A stretch of DNA of 64,000 nucleotides from Hydrolagus affinis (lineage: Eukaryota): the NCBI GenBank assembly GCA_012026655.1, contig JAAILG010000790.1:1-64000 (forward strand), written 5' to 3'. Numbering within the stretch: position 1 is the stretch's first letter; every line of letters begins with the position of its first letter. The translations under genes were made by a program, and so were the position numbers. Positions 26,934-40,600 of the stretch are shown piece by piece. Under the pieces are notes generated by a model, which was not told the DNA's origin, made no database searches, and saw only the letters and a program-made list of their open reading frames with translations.

Positions 26934-29057
26934 AACATGCTTTGAAGTTCTGGATGTCAATCGCAACATCCAATCACAATACACTGGACTCCCAGTCAAT
27001 ACTGAATCTTTTAGCCGTTTGAATATTAGTTTGGGAATGGATATTGGTAGAAGATTATAGAAGGATATTGGTTCCTTCTCACCTGTCGTCCCAACCAGTT
27101 TATCCACACCCCCCGATCAGTAGTCTCAACATGCCAGGTTGCCACAACAAAATCAAAGCCATCTTGCCGCAGAGATAGATGAGGATTGAATCCCTACTTT
27201 TGATACGTTGTAGAAGAAAAATGCTGCAAAAAAAAAAACAAGCTTGAATCCAGATGTTTTGAAATTATAATGAAAGTTGCCTTTATGGTTTAATTCTCAA
27301 CTCTAATCACATAAGTTGTCTAGACTAAGTTATGCTGCTGCTCTCCCCCAGCTCAAACCTGAAGCTGTCGATCCCACGAGCTCCTGATCCACTGATGGCA
27401 GTTCTGTGTTGAATATTTCAAACCTTTTGAAGCCATTCTGTACACCGAAAAGTTTTAATAATGTTTAGCTGAAAAGGTTGGAGACACATTCTGAATGAAC
27501 ATTGTCCTCGTAAGAGGTTTTGTTCATTCTAATTTGTTTCTTTGCCAACATACAGAATCCAAGTGTTTCTTAAAGTTATATTTTCTGGTGGATCATTCCA
27601 TTCTGTCATTTACCCAGTTTTCCAATTCAGTAATATTTAAATTGCATTAATCTCAATACGTCCCTTTTTGGCAAACCTTTTGCCATTTGAAGCAATTCCG
27701 CTCAGCATTTTTCTATAAAAGCAGATAGCCTCGGACACTTTGTGAATCAAAAGTATGACAATCCTATTACCACGAGTAGGATAGTTTGTGCATTGAGCTG
27801 CCTTCTGCCATCTAAATGGAAACTGATTCAGCCATTATTCCACTTTATTGTACATTAAACTCAGTTGCAGGTCCACAATTAAAGTCGAGACAATCTGCAA
27901 TGGATTCAGTGTCATTTTCATTACTGCATATTGATTCCAGAGTGGAGATACCTCAAAGGTTAATGTTAAGTTGAGTGGGTGAGCCAACCCACTCCTGAAT
28001 GTGCAACTCAACAATAAATCTATAGGGCACAAACCTACTGAGCATATATAGGTTAACAAACCATTTGCAGTCATTAGAGGCATAATGGTTCTCCAAAAAT
28101 TAGGTTGCGTTTAACATATGATTTGCACATAAGACTATATAACAATTCTTGCTTATTATTCTACTGATTATTCACTAGCTGAGCATTAGGTTCAGAGTCA
28201 CTATTGCTTTAAAATTGAGCACTTAAGTGACTGACCAGATGCCAGTAAATGATGTTTTTGAGTGGTGTGGTTTTATTTCCATTCCTCTCTCTGTTATCGA
28301 CTCACTATTTGCTTCTGGATTTTAGTTTCCAGCCAAATTAGACAGGAAAGTCTATTGATTGGTGTGGATATTTTGTCTGTTTAAAAAAATAAGTAGCTCA
28401 TAGTTCAAAGTCACTCTGTGATCAAGCGAAAGGCAGCAAAATGGATCGCACGTGTAAATGGCTTAATTTTAAGTGATAAGTTAAAGTGGGTGATAAAATC
28501 GCTTATACATAACTCAGCGGAGATACTGACACATCTTTGGAAAAACTCTGCTTTTTAATAAGCAGATGGTGGGGGTCTGTTATTGTGAAAGCTCCTTGGA
28601 TCTACTCAAATAGAGTTGGATTAGGCCAGGGAAGTCCCAGATTTGAGACCGGGCTCCACCTGGGTGATATTTAGGCCAGGAATTATAGTTACAGCGTCTG
28701 CGTGGGTGGGTGGAGGGGGTAAAGAAATCAACCTCTCCATCCGAAGGGATCACCTGAAAGCGAAATGGCTGGTTATATTTCGGGCACCGTATCAAATTGT
28801 TACCCTGGTCTGCATTCTCACGCTAATTAACCTCAGCCTCAGGATGAAGATCTGCTCTCACTCAATCTGAAACCGAATCAAAACCATACGTACAAATAAA
28901 CACCCTGAATTGGCAGGGTTTGGCGAAAAATAAAGCAACAGTTCCCAGCTGCCATATAAATGGGAACTATTATGTGGCGGCAATCGTTGGTGGGTGAAAA
29001 TCAGCTCTACCACCTGGTAGTTCTGGTTTGTGGATAACGTCCGTGCTTCTGTTTCAG

Positions 29058-29165
29058 GTGAAACGCATTTCGGAGGATCCACCATGCAAATGTCCAACCA
29101 AGTTTACCGTGGAGCGTCTGTCTCAAGGACGGTATCGTGTTGGTGAAAAGATTCTATTCATCAGG
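29058..29165 (+). CDS. GAS2: GAS2 coding exon 6 (GAR domain, first half)
   Basis: TTTCAG acceptor; encodes VKRISEDPPCKCPTKFTVERLSQGRYRVGEKILFIR; donor AGG|GTAAAA; 108 nt, phase 0-0. Confidence 0.96.
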
Positions 29166-32100
29166 GTAAAAGCTTTTGATTTAAAATATATGTATACTGT
29201 GTATATAGTAATGGTGGCTTGTGTGCTTGAGCTGTGAAAACGGTGAGGGGAAAAGAATACATTTTGACCAAGCAATAAATAACTGCAGGAAACTCCACTA
29301 TACCAGGTACAGAGTTCAGTACCGCTCATAATGTCAATAGAATCTGACATATAACACTAGCAAATAACATCACAGACTTTCATTGTGGACCAGTCAGTAC
29401 CCCTGAGAGGAGTTCAGATAAAAACAGCTTGCATTTAAGCAGCCTTTACATAGTGTCCTTCACGAGGGCTAGCACCTTGGAGTGCTTAAAATGTTGGAAA
29501 CGAAAAGAAAAAAAAATAAGCCTCAGGAAGGAATGAGAAAAGATTACTCACTCATCAGTTTTTGTTTCTTTAGTCACTGTTTGTTTTTGTACTGGCGCTC
29601 GTTAAAGCCGACACAAACTCTACAGCAATGCTTTGGGACGTCCTCCAAACGTCAAAGGTGCTATATAAATGCAATCTGATGTTCTGGTTGAAGCAGGCCA
29701 TTCAGCCCAATTAATCTGTATTGGTGTTTATACTTCGCGTGAGTCCAATCAGATTGGGAGGGAAAAAAAACCTTGTTCCAATTTGCTGTGTTTTTTTTTG
29801 CACTGCTGTGGAAAGGCTCGTATACGTTAGACGACAATGAGCCGTCCGCACAGCTTGAACAAATGCTCATGTTCACAGGCAACATCAGACGCCGTCTGAC
29901 CGATCCATAACCAAGTTTCAGACTGGTGCATGAATGGAATCATGGAGAATAATGCCAACTCTATTAATTTTGATATCGGCAGATTTTTTTTTGTTCAGCT
30001 AAGAACAAAAGACATTCACACTAAGCCACTTTTACATGGTCACAGAATTGGTTCAGGTAAAGAAGCGTTTGTGGCCCACATGATCTCACCCTTCTACAGT
30101 TTCTTAAACAACTCCAGCCTCAACCACCATTCGTGGTGACCTGTTCCAGTCATTAATTAATAGTCTTTGTGGGTCCTGCAAATCTCTTTTTTTTTCTTCT
30201 GGTTTGAAACAGTGGAGACAGATGTTATGTACTAACACAGGCAAATGATGGATTTGTTTTCCAAATGGTTTCGAATCTCGTGCTTTTTCCAGTTTAATGC
30301 TTTTTCCAAAGATACAAGGTGGGGGGGGGGAAATTCCTGAAGATAAACCTTTACAGAGCCAGCAGGAGTGCTTACTGAAAAGTATTTCCGTCGTGGCCCA
30401 TCAGCCAGTTTTCAGCACCCTTCGAGTAAAAGTAGTTATTTATTTGACCTTCTGAAGACTCTGCTCTTTGAGGATGTTTACGGTCACCTCCTCCCTCCCC
30501 CTCGCTTGGCGTTATGCTCCGTAACAGTTAAACACTCCGACACTCTGCCCCTCGTGAAGTGTGCTGTGTGAATATGAGTTGTTTATTGTTAAAAAAAAAT
30601 TAAAGTGGCATTTTTGTTCACAATCTTCGGCCCTGTTCAGTGACCTGCGATCCTCATGAAAAAATCTAAATTGACTAGAAGTTATGTTTCATTCCGGGAG
30701 CCGTTTAAAAAAAAAGAAACTTTTTTCCATCATGTTTGTAGACACACCGAGGCACGATATGAAAGTGTGCAAATAATTCTGACGTGAATGATATTGCTTG
30801 TGTTAGGTTTGTGGAGATTGAGCCACAAGGAGCAGCTGAAGTTGTCATTTATTTTGACACAAGGTAGAACCTGATGATTTAATAATTCAGAATCAACCCA
30901 GATTCGGCTACGAGAAAAACTTTTCTCACCCATGGGAACGACAAGATTCTGACAGTTTGAGTGATATCAATATCAATTGAAACACCCTACACATAATTTA
31001 TAAGTGAGAGTTATTGACGGCTTCTCAGCTTCTTCAGTAAGGTAGCAGGGTCTCTCAATCTAGGTTTGCAGATTCCTTGTGTCTGGGATAACACAGACAT
31101 GACTCATGAATCAGCAGTGCAGAGACTAAGGAGGTGGTTTAAAGGAATGGTAAAACTATCAAATGGTAATGTATGTAACATTCATTGTCATATAGCTTAG
31201 CCTCGCTAAAGCATTTTATTTCCTTTTGCCAAGAGGCATTTGTGGTCTCAGTCAAGTAACGTTTCATTTTGTGCACGAAAAAAGAATTGGCCAGCCAACA
31301 AAATTTGCATAATTCATAGAAATTTTCCTTCAGCAGATTTGATCATCGTATAGATTGAATCTGCAACAAAAGTATTATTTCCTTTCACATCTCTCCAACT
31401 CCGTTCCTCATGCCCCCATTTCCCTTTAGGAACCAAATCTGTGTGGATGACTTTTCCGATACTGAGCCATGCCTGGCCAACACAAGTCACTTCTGTTTTT
31501 CTCGAAATAAACGAAAGACTAGGACGATTAAGATAAATTGATAACTAAATTACTAAAGTGACCGCATCCTCAATGACAATAGAGACAACTCAAATTTGAT
31601 TCAGGAGTTCAGCTCAAGAGCAAGTTCGGTGTTGAGTATGTTCAACAGCCTGCAAATAAATGAAAAGTGGGAAGTATGTGAAAAATAAAATCCTTCATTC
31701 CAGCACTTTAGGCAAGGCACATTTTCGCTCATCTGTGGTTCTGGTGCTCTCAAGAGTTGGACGAGAGTACGTGGAGGAAATCTACTCTGCTAGATGATGA
31801 GTTACAGCAGTTGTTTCACCAGAGTCATGAGCAGCACAGGCATTATTTACAATCATTTACACATGACTAACAGATTACTGCACCTTTTCTCACTCACCAT
31901 CACTGGTTAAATATGCTGTTTATTCTGAGGAGGCAGAGTTTCTTCGTGCAATCTCTAGCAACATTAGTTAAGTCTGGAATGCTGCATGTTATTAATCATT
32001 AATTACTATTTCACATCTGGATGTAATTATTCGCACTTCTGCGCAATAACAATTCTCGGGCCAGAAAACAGCTGTGCCACAGAATTAAGGAAACGGTTTC

Positions 32101-32965
32101 ATCTGCTCGACAAATTTAGAATCCAAACCATTTTGTTCGATTCTAGCCTGCATCAGTCCTCCTCCACACACACATAGAGAGAGAGAGAGAGACAGGCTGC
32201 CAGCACCTTCCGAAAATATACATTCACCTCCACAATCTGTGTTATCAGCAGCTTATCTTAAACCTGCAAGACTGGGATGCACCAGAGATTGTGCTGAAAT
32301 GAAACCTTTTATGAATGACATGTGTGGACTTGTCAGTGACAGATCAGGCTCCTGTCTATAGGCAGCTTGTCAGCTTGTCACATTTAATTAATTTATTGCC
32401 TACATTTCATTTGCACTGTACTTTAACACAACCTCTATTAATCCTGGAACCCAGAGACTGGGAAATTAATTGAAAAACTCCTCCCCCCCCGCCCGCTCAT
32501 CTCCTATCACACAGGATGAGTTCAACATGATAGCATGCCAGTTCCTGGGCTGTTTGTAAATATTGTGCCTCAGCTTTCTTATCAAATTCAAATGCAACTT
32601 CAGTATACACAGTATGTGTGGAAAAACAATGCAAAAATATCTCTAGCATCTGTAGATTCAATATCAACCTCATCGGAAACAATATAGGATCAGAGCTGTG
32701 GCATTATGCAGCCCTGGTCTTTAATCACATAGCTCACATATTACTGTATATTTTTTGTGGCTCACTCCTCTTCGCAAAACCCCAAGTGTCAAGAGTAAGC
32801 GCTTTAAGCCATTTCCATGACAACTCTGCTCTTTGGTTCCCTCTGGGATCAGCTGGGTAGGAGGATGAGAGAAAGAAGCCAGGCATTCCAGTTGCGCCTT
32901 TCATAAATTATTGATTGAGATGTGATCCATCATGTGTGGAGAATGATCAGATTACATACATATAT

Positions 32966-33285
32966 CATCATAATAATAATAATAATCCTTGCATTTGATA
33001 TAGCTCTTTTCACATCTTTACTTATCAAAGCACTTCACAGAATATACTGTAAAGTGAATTGACTGTATATTTGTGGGCGAAACGCAGCAGTCAGTTGCGC
33101 ACAGCAGCGTCCCCACAAACAGTCGTGGATTGAAATGACCAATTTTATTATAGTTTATTTTGGAGGGATTATTATTAGGCGTGTGGAGTAAGGAAACTTG
33201 CCGAAGGTTTTGCCCTGACCTGCCTGGATTTGAACACAGGTCTTATTCACTTGTAAGGCAAGTGCTCTAACCACTACAGGATTGC
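32966..33285 (-). mobile_element. Near full-length tRNA-SINE, minus strand, in the large GAS2 intron
   Basis: (AAT)n-CCTTGCATTTGATATAGC tail through to GTGCTCTAACCACTACAGGA head (reverse complement of the family consensus). Confidence 0.9.
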
Positions 33286-36200
33286 GAGATAGAGATCCAG
33301 AGTGTGAGGGGCTGAGACGCTGAATACCCGGCGACCACCAATAATATAATACAGTACATACATATATGTTAAAAACTCAAGTCAATCTCAGGTCTGTGGA
33401 TTGCGTTGAGAAAATTGATTTCCAGAGACATCAGGGAGGTAAAAGCTCATTAGAGAATGTCACCTACCATAAGAATTGGGGCATTTAATTTAATTTGAAG
33501 ATTCGAAAATTTGCTGTGATGTTTTCAGCCTATAACTGGAACAGCACCGCTGCGTTTTTTTTAAAGAAAACAGTGATTACTCAAGCCTTTTTGTCATAAC
33601 ACACCAGGCAAAACGTGGCATTTTTCAGGCAGATGTACATTGCGGATACCAAAACTTTTAAAATTCATAATATAACACAGGTTGTGAAAGAAACATTGGC
33701 ACAACATTATTGCTACGAAACCTAACATTACCGCCTGGTACACAACAGGTGTTAATCATAGACTCTCTTTAGTTGAAGTATTTTACAAGGTAAACTTTTT
33801 TTTTTAAATTCCAGTCTCCTTGACAAGCAATCAATGTCCAGATGAGTCCCCTCCGCCCTTGCTACAAGTCTCTCTTATTTACCTGTTAGCCCCAACTCAT
33901 CAGATAAACTCACTTCAGCTTACTTCCCAGGGTGCCGGCTCACTTGTGGCTCTAAGTACTGTACGTCTCTTTGATATTCTGTAAAGCGCTTTGAAATGTC
34001 TAGAAGACGTGAAAGGCCCTGTATTCAAATGCAAGGATAATTATTATATTATTACTTCCAATAGTCACTCAACTCCTATTTCTACAGCATGTTATTTACC
34101 TTTTAGGTTACGAGAAGTGTACTTCAATACAACTGTTTGGTATTGAAGGCTTTGCCGGGATGCTTTTTTAAGGAGATAAAAGTTGGAATGTCCTGTGTTT
34201 TTCAGAGGTAGATTTAGCAACTGGAATGTTGTATGAAAATTAGTTATGTTGTACAGAGTTCAATTTCCTATGGAAATGGATAGTGTACCACTATTGTTCC
34301 AGTATCACTTAGCAACCAAGGACATACAGCTTTATACACCAGGTACCTAAGTGCAAATTATTAAAAGGCAATAAAAACAACAGTCAGAACCTGGAATAAA
34401 TTGAATCCAAGGTTACCACAAATTCCGTACAATTATTCTGAAGATGGTTTTGTGGCACAGTGTTGGAGTCATTTGAAAAGTAAGATCAGAATACCAGCTG
34501 TGTCTCAGGCCTTCGAAGGCTTAAATTGTATTTCCAAATCTTGCAACAATGTGTTTTTTTGTGGGGGGCTTGTCTTTTCTCATTACAACATATCACACTG
34601 TGTTTCTGGTTTCTTTGGTAACTGAGATCTTCTACATTAGCTGGAGAAACCACAAGTAATCACAGACAGAGACTCAGAGGTAAATGGATCCTATGTAACC
34701 AGAGGGTTTGTGGACCAGATCACATTGAGTGATATATAGGCAGTGATGTTTCAATGTATTTTAGTTCCAAAGGGAAAAAAGGGAACACAGAGTTAAGACT
34801 GGATTAAATACAGATGCATCTTTTCCTCCCATCATCAGGGAACTATGGGTGAGTGAGCAATTCCCCTTGTTGCTAAGTGACTTTTGATGATGTGTGTTAA
34901 TAACAGGACTTTCTCATTAGCTACACTTTGTCAAAATCACAACATGTGGCAGGTGGAGAAATGTCATCCTCCAGGTTTAGCGTTAGATTTTATAGGTTGG
35001 TTTTAGATGTCATTCCTACTTAATAAAAACACCTCCAAACAGAATTTCTACAAAAACATTGAACGTTTTAACAGTTGCTTGTAGATTTCTCAGCTCCTTT
35101 GGATGTTGTCCCTACGCGAAAGGTGCTAAACAAATGTAATTTTGTTATTGTTGTCTTACACTAACACTATAAAGTGAACAGATTATTCCAATACTGCAAA
35201 GCCAGAGCCAGAAGTAAATGTTTTTTTTATGGAGATAACCGGTTGAAGGACACCCATGTCTTAAACAAAAAATTGGAGCAGAACAATAACTTAACAGACA
35301 TAATTCTCAAAGGCTTTTAAAAATGTAAAATGTATTACATGACCAGCAAGTGGTATGGCTGGGTTTTACAGCAAGTGTTGTTATAATTAGCAAATTTTGA
35401 TCGTTCTTGGATAAATGATTTGAATTTGGAATTATGCGCAATAAATTAGTGGGTCATTGAGTAAAATGAATGGAAGATGCAACTCATCCACCAGGGACAA
35501 AAGCATTTCACTGCCCATTCATGCAACCCAACACAACTTCAGTGAATAAGTAAATCAAACACTGTAAAAACACAGTGGATGTATTTTGTTAAAATGAATA
35601 TGCATTGCTGTAGAGCAGTTGTACACAATCCGAGGAGTCAAAACCCCCGAGGGGCAAGGATTTTAGCTCATTGAAACCACCCAAATATAACAAATTCCTG
35701 TTGGAGATTTTCATCATGAGCAACTTCAATTGATGCCATTCTACACTGGTCCAAAGAATGGGGTGATTCCAAGGTCAAAGAACTGTAAGGCGACTTAGGG
35801 TTGATGGTTGGCAGATAAATAGAAATCTCCCCTAGAATTATGCGGAAGTATAATTCACAGAAATTCAGAAATCCATAGTATATTTGTTTCTCATTCTTCA
35901 AAACTCTCAGTTGAAAAGGCGATACATTGAGTATCAACAGTCTTCATTAGGAGAATGGAAAAAAACAAGCAAAGGAGGCAATAGCTTTGCAGCTGAATTA
36001 CACGTAAGTGCACAGAGCCCTACGGCTCGATGCTTAAAATGAGTATTAGTTTCAGTCTTGAGCTAGAAATGAAGATTAATAAGGTTTCATAAGGTTCTGT
36101 ACAGAGACCCAGGACAACAATGACTGCAAGCAAATTATACCTTTATTTTCTCAGAGTAGAATCATGTAACATCCCAAATAGACTTTCAATCTTTGGAATA

Positions 36201-37662
36201 TGGGAGGGCTAACGCAATAAAACCAAGATCATTTGCATAATAGCGCATCTAAATTGTATTTTAGTTTGAGAATGTCTTTTTTTTATTAAGAAATTGACAA
36301 TTAAAGTACAGCCAATCTTTTGATGGCTTCCTCAGTGTAATGCTATGATCACCTGCCATCTAGTGATTCTTTACACAAAATGCATCTTCCCTGAGCCTTT
36401 CTCTTAAAACCATGAGGGTTTTACAGTGAAACTAAGGTTGTTTTGTGTTGAGACCTGGAGGAAACAGTGTGCAAGGTGCCATGCAGTGGCAGTCACTAAA
36501 ATATTTTCCAGAGAATATCAAGAGAAATGATGCAGGTGAGGCAGTCCTGTACATCATAGCTTTTTTTTAATGAGGTGAAAAATGTCATTTGCCCTTTACA
36601 TCGCTTTGATTTCTATTTCACACCCTTCTGTGAGACAAACTTTAAACTCCCTGCATGTTATTTCCTTCAATGGCATGTCTCGAGGGAGAGTTGATGTGAA
36701 GGCTGTTTGATCAAATTGATCACATCCTTCTTGAATATCTACATTGCCTCCTCCACCTAAAAAGCATTGAGGTGTTTTTTTTTTACTCGAGTCCATTGTA
36801 CTCACCCAGAAGTCGCACTGCTCAGACCATGTGCTGGCTTAGCTAATGGCTGGGCTGCCAACCACAACAAGAACAATTTATAAAGGACCCTTCACGCCAG
36901 ACGGAAGTTGGTTTGCTCATTGTCCTTACTATTGGAGTGACAAAATACAAAAAGATCGCTCTCTCTCATTTTATATAAATTGTGAGGTTAGGAATATGTC
37001 ATCTTTCCGGCACCATTGTATTTCATTTGGGTTCCTGTACTATTTTGCAGCAGCCAATGTTATCTGTGGCCTACCAGTCACATTATAGGGTCCCCAAGGA
37101 GAAAGTGACATACATGGAGTGGAGGTTCGTTTTCAGAATAGAATACTATGCACACAATTCGCAACCAAACTGTTGATCTGTTCCCTACCTGTATCTGGGT
37201 GACATTAATTTGCATCTAAAGTCTTTGAAATTCATGCAGAATGCTGACTTGGAGCGTAATGAATATTGAATCATTTGCAGATTTTATCTGAAAAGTACAG
37301 TGACTCAGGGTGGCAAAGGTAGTCTGGCCTGATGTGTTTCTCTTTGAGAATGTATCCAGCTCTGATACTGAAATGGCAGCTTGCCTTCTCTCTTTCCCTT
37401 TCTCTCTCTCTCTTTCCCTTTCTCTCTCTCTCTCTTCCCAACTCATCGCACTGAGAACAGTTCTCGTTGAAATGCGTTGCTTGAGTGCTTTGTGTTTGCC
37501 GTGTCTCTTCATCTTGTATAACTGCCACAAGTTCCTCTCTGGTACTGTACTTTCTCGCAGTGCGATCTGCCAACACGATGCCTAAACTACAGTGTTCCAA
37601 AGTGCAAGGGCTAACCACAAATATCAATCCAAAGGATTATTATTATCATTAGATAACCCCGG

Positions 37663-37688
37663 CAACAACAACAACAACAACAACAACA
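37663..37688. repeat. (CAA)n microsatellite
   Basis: About 8 units, possibly an L2 tail remnant. Confidence 0.85.
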
Positions 37689-40600
37689 GAAAAACACCCA
37701 GACCTTTCTAATGGCTTAAATTCACAAAAAAAGGTGTTAACAACAAAATTACTTTTGCATTGCGCACTTCACGTCGGGAGGACATCCCAAAGTGCTGAAA
37801 CAACCATCAGGAATTTTCCATGTACCATTAACATCTTTAGTTTACTACACTTTCCTGCATTATGCAGCTATCATAATTTGCATTATTAAGGTTTAGTGCG
37901 TAATTTGTAACTTTTGCTAGGGGATGTGCAGTCCCGTACAAAAAGACGGCAGTACTTTTTGACTCATCGTAGATGAAGAGCTCAGCAGTCAACAGTGTAT
38001 TGACCAAGCCATCCTTACACTTCCCCGAGTTAATTTGTGAGTAAATGACTCAAACGACAATGAAAAGGTTAATGAATTCATCTCCTCGGGCGATTCATAA
38101 CTGCAACACTTCTGAAGCCATTAAACACAGTAATACCAGCAGCTGAGGGATCTGACCAAGATGATGACAACTTTAAATCTCCTACTCGTGTGACATTTGA
38201 AATTGCCTAGTCTCACAGTACAGAGTGTTACTGGTTTGCAGCTGAGCTCCGTGTTTCCTCGGTTTTGAAGGCAGCTAATCACCGCATCTCAGGGGTGGGG
38301 GGTGGGTGGGGGGGTGTTGTGGTGGGGTGGGGAAAGGAGAAAGTGATAAACCCAACAGAATTGTACCTCCTGCCAATTCATCACCGGGCGGAATTGAAGT
38401 CAGCGTTAGCAAAGACTGCAAACTAGAACATTAGCTCTCTCGCAAGGAGGAGAGCGCTGCTGATAGCAGCAGGTGGAGGAGCGAGCAATAAATGCTTTGC
38501 CTTATTAAATATTCTTTTCGTGTAGCTCTATAGCACGAGCAGACCAGAACCCGGTTTTATTTATCATGTCCCTGGCTGACTCAACGTGACAGTAACACGT
38601 GTAAAGTGACTTGTGTAGGTGATAGATTCTCCCTGATTGGTACACATTCTGTTCAGTGTAGGTCACAACATCCTCTGATAGTCCCCAACACTCCTGTCGC
38701 TGTGCCCGCTAACGTTTTCTTATTACATGAATTTCCTGCGTCAGTGACCAATAAGTGCCCCTGCCCTCCACTAGCTCTCCCTCATCTCTCTCTCTCTCTC
38801 TGATCCTTTTAGCTCAAGATGACCAGTTTGCATTTTTTTTTGCTGAATGCCCTTTTTAAATTATTCATTACAGCCTTTTCAGTCATGCAAAATACGCTTC
38901 TGCGGTAGCAATTAGATTTCTGCCAGGCTTGGTTAGTGTCAGTCGATGCAGAAATATAAAGTTGTCATGAATGACAAGAGTGAGAACAGATTGACAACAA
39001 AATGAGAGCAACGATGATACCAGCGCAACTCAGCGGATTAAACGCAAAATATATACGCAAGGCGCGCGCAAAGCTGCTCAGAAAATCGCCTTCAGTTTAG
39101 GTTTCGGTGGCAAATATTTGCTTGCAGCAGCCAAGTCACATCAGTCAACCCATAAGTGTTTTCATAGAAGCACTGCAATAATCCACCATTCAGCGTACGA
39201 ATACATCAAGCTCTAATTGCATTATATATTATCTTGCCGTGCTCTAGGGTGAGATCCAAATTCAAAATTATTGCTTTCTTTCCGAAAAAAAATTACATCA
39301 AGCAAAATGCAAAGCAGTTGGTGTTCGCCTCAAGTCTGCTTTCTGAGGCCTCAGAAAGAAACTGAGCCTCTGTGGAGACAAAGATGGCTCGCCTAAACAA
39401 TGCACAGTCATTTACACTTTACTGCAAATCGTGCAAAGTGATTTGACATGTCTCAGTCTGAAAGGCGCCGTATCAAATTCAAAGAATATTTTGCATCTAG
39501 TTCTTATCAAGTAAATGCTCTTCATAACATTCAGTGGAAAATAGAAATTGATTTCACAAAAATTGTTAGAAAGAGGCAGTAAATCTGTTTGCTCAATGTA
39601 TTGTTGGTAATTATCCTAACACTTGGGATCAATATTTCACAGCAAATGAACTGTCATGTGGAATAGCTGTTAATATATAAATGCACAGAAGAAACTAAAA
39701 TATAGTGACCACCAACCTACTCCCAGCTATCCTCTCTGCACTAACAATTGGTGCTTGAAATAAAACTCACAGCTACATTAGCAGTGCATCTAAGCTTGCG
39801 CACATCTTTTGTCACTTCTTACATGTCCTGTCAGTCGATGTTGGTATACAAAGCAAACCCTGAAGTCACCGTTTCTCTCTCTCTCTCTCTCTATAGACAG
39901 CTTTGTGTTGTCCTGGATTAGAGTTGATGTACAGTAAGATAGTCATATGGCAGCTAATTGGGAGAGGAGACCTGACTGGTGTGCGTGTCTGTGTATGTAT
40001 CATAGAGTGGAACTTTAATTATCTGTAACAATTAACATTCAACATGAAATTTGGGGGGAAAGACCAAATGATAATAATGATAATAATAATAATAATAGCC
40101 CGTGCATTATACAACAACAGCTTACATATAGGGTAGCATCTCAGAGCGCTTAACAGTGGCGGAGCCTGACTCTGAGCCAGTTGTGTGGAGGCGGTGGGTG
40201 GTTGATTGGGGAGTGAAGAGGTTGGAGAGGTAGTCAGATGCCAGGGAGTGAATGGATACCTGTTCACTTTTAGAAACAATGATAAATTTGGCTCCTGCAA
40301 ACAAGCATATCTGACATACCGCACTGATCGTTGAGCTATTTTAATTCTTGCACGTTTTTGCACGTGTCTTCATATTCACAAATCCAAGCAGTTGACAAAC
40401 AGGGAGAAAAAGGGTCACCTTTCCCCCCAACTGCCCTTGTGTCACAGCGAATATTTTTTGGAATGAAAGATTAATCTGCTGTACTAGAGCAAAGCATTAA
40501 TGACGTCCGGGTGTGTGGTGGGGGGTGGGGTGGGGTGGGGGGGAAGAAATACAATTGGTTGCCATGAGCAACCTTGCCCAATACACCTTGGCTTTGATGA

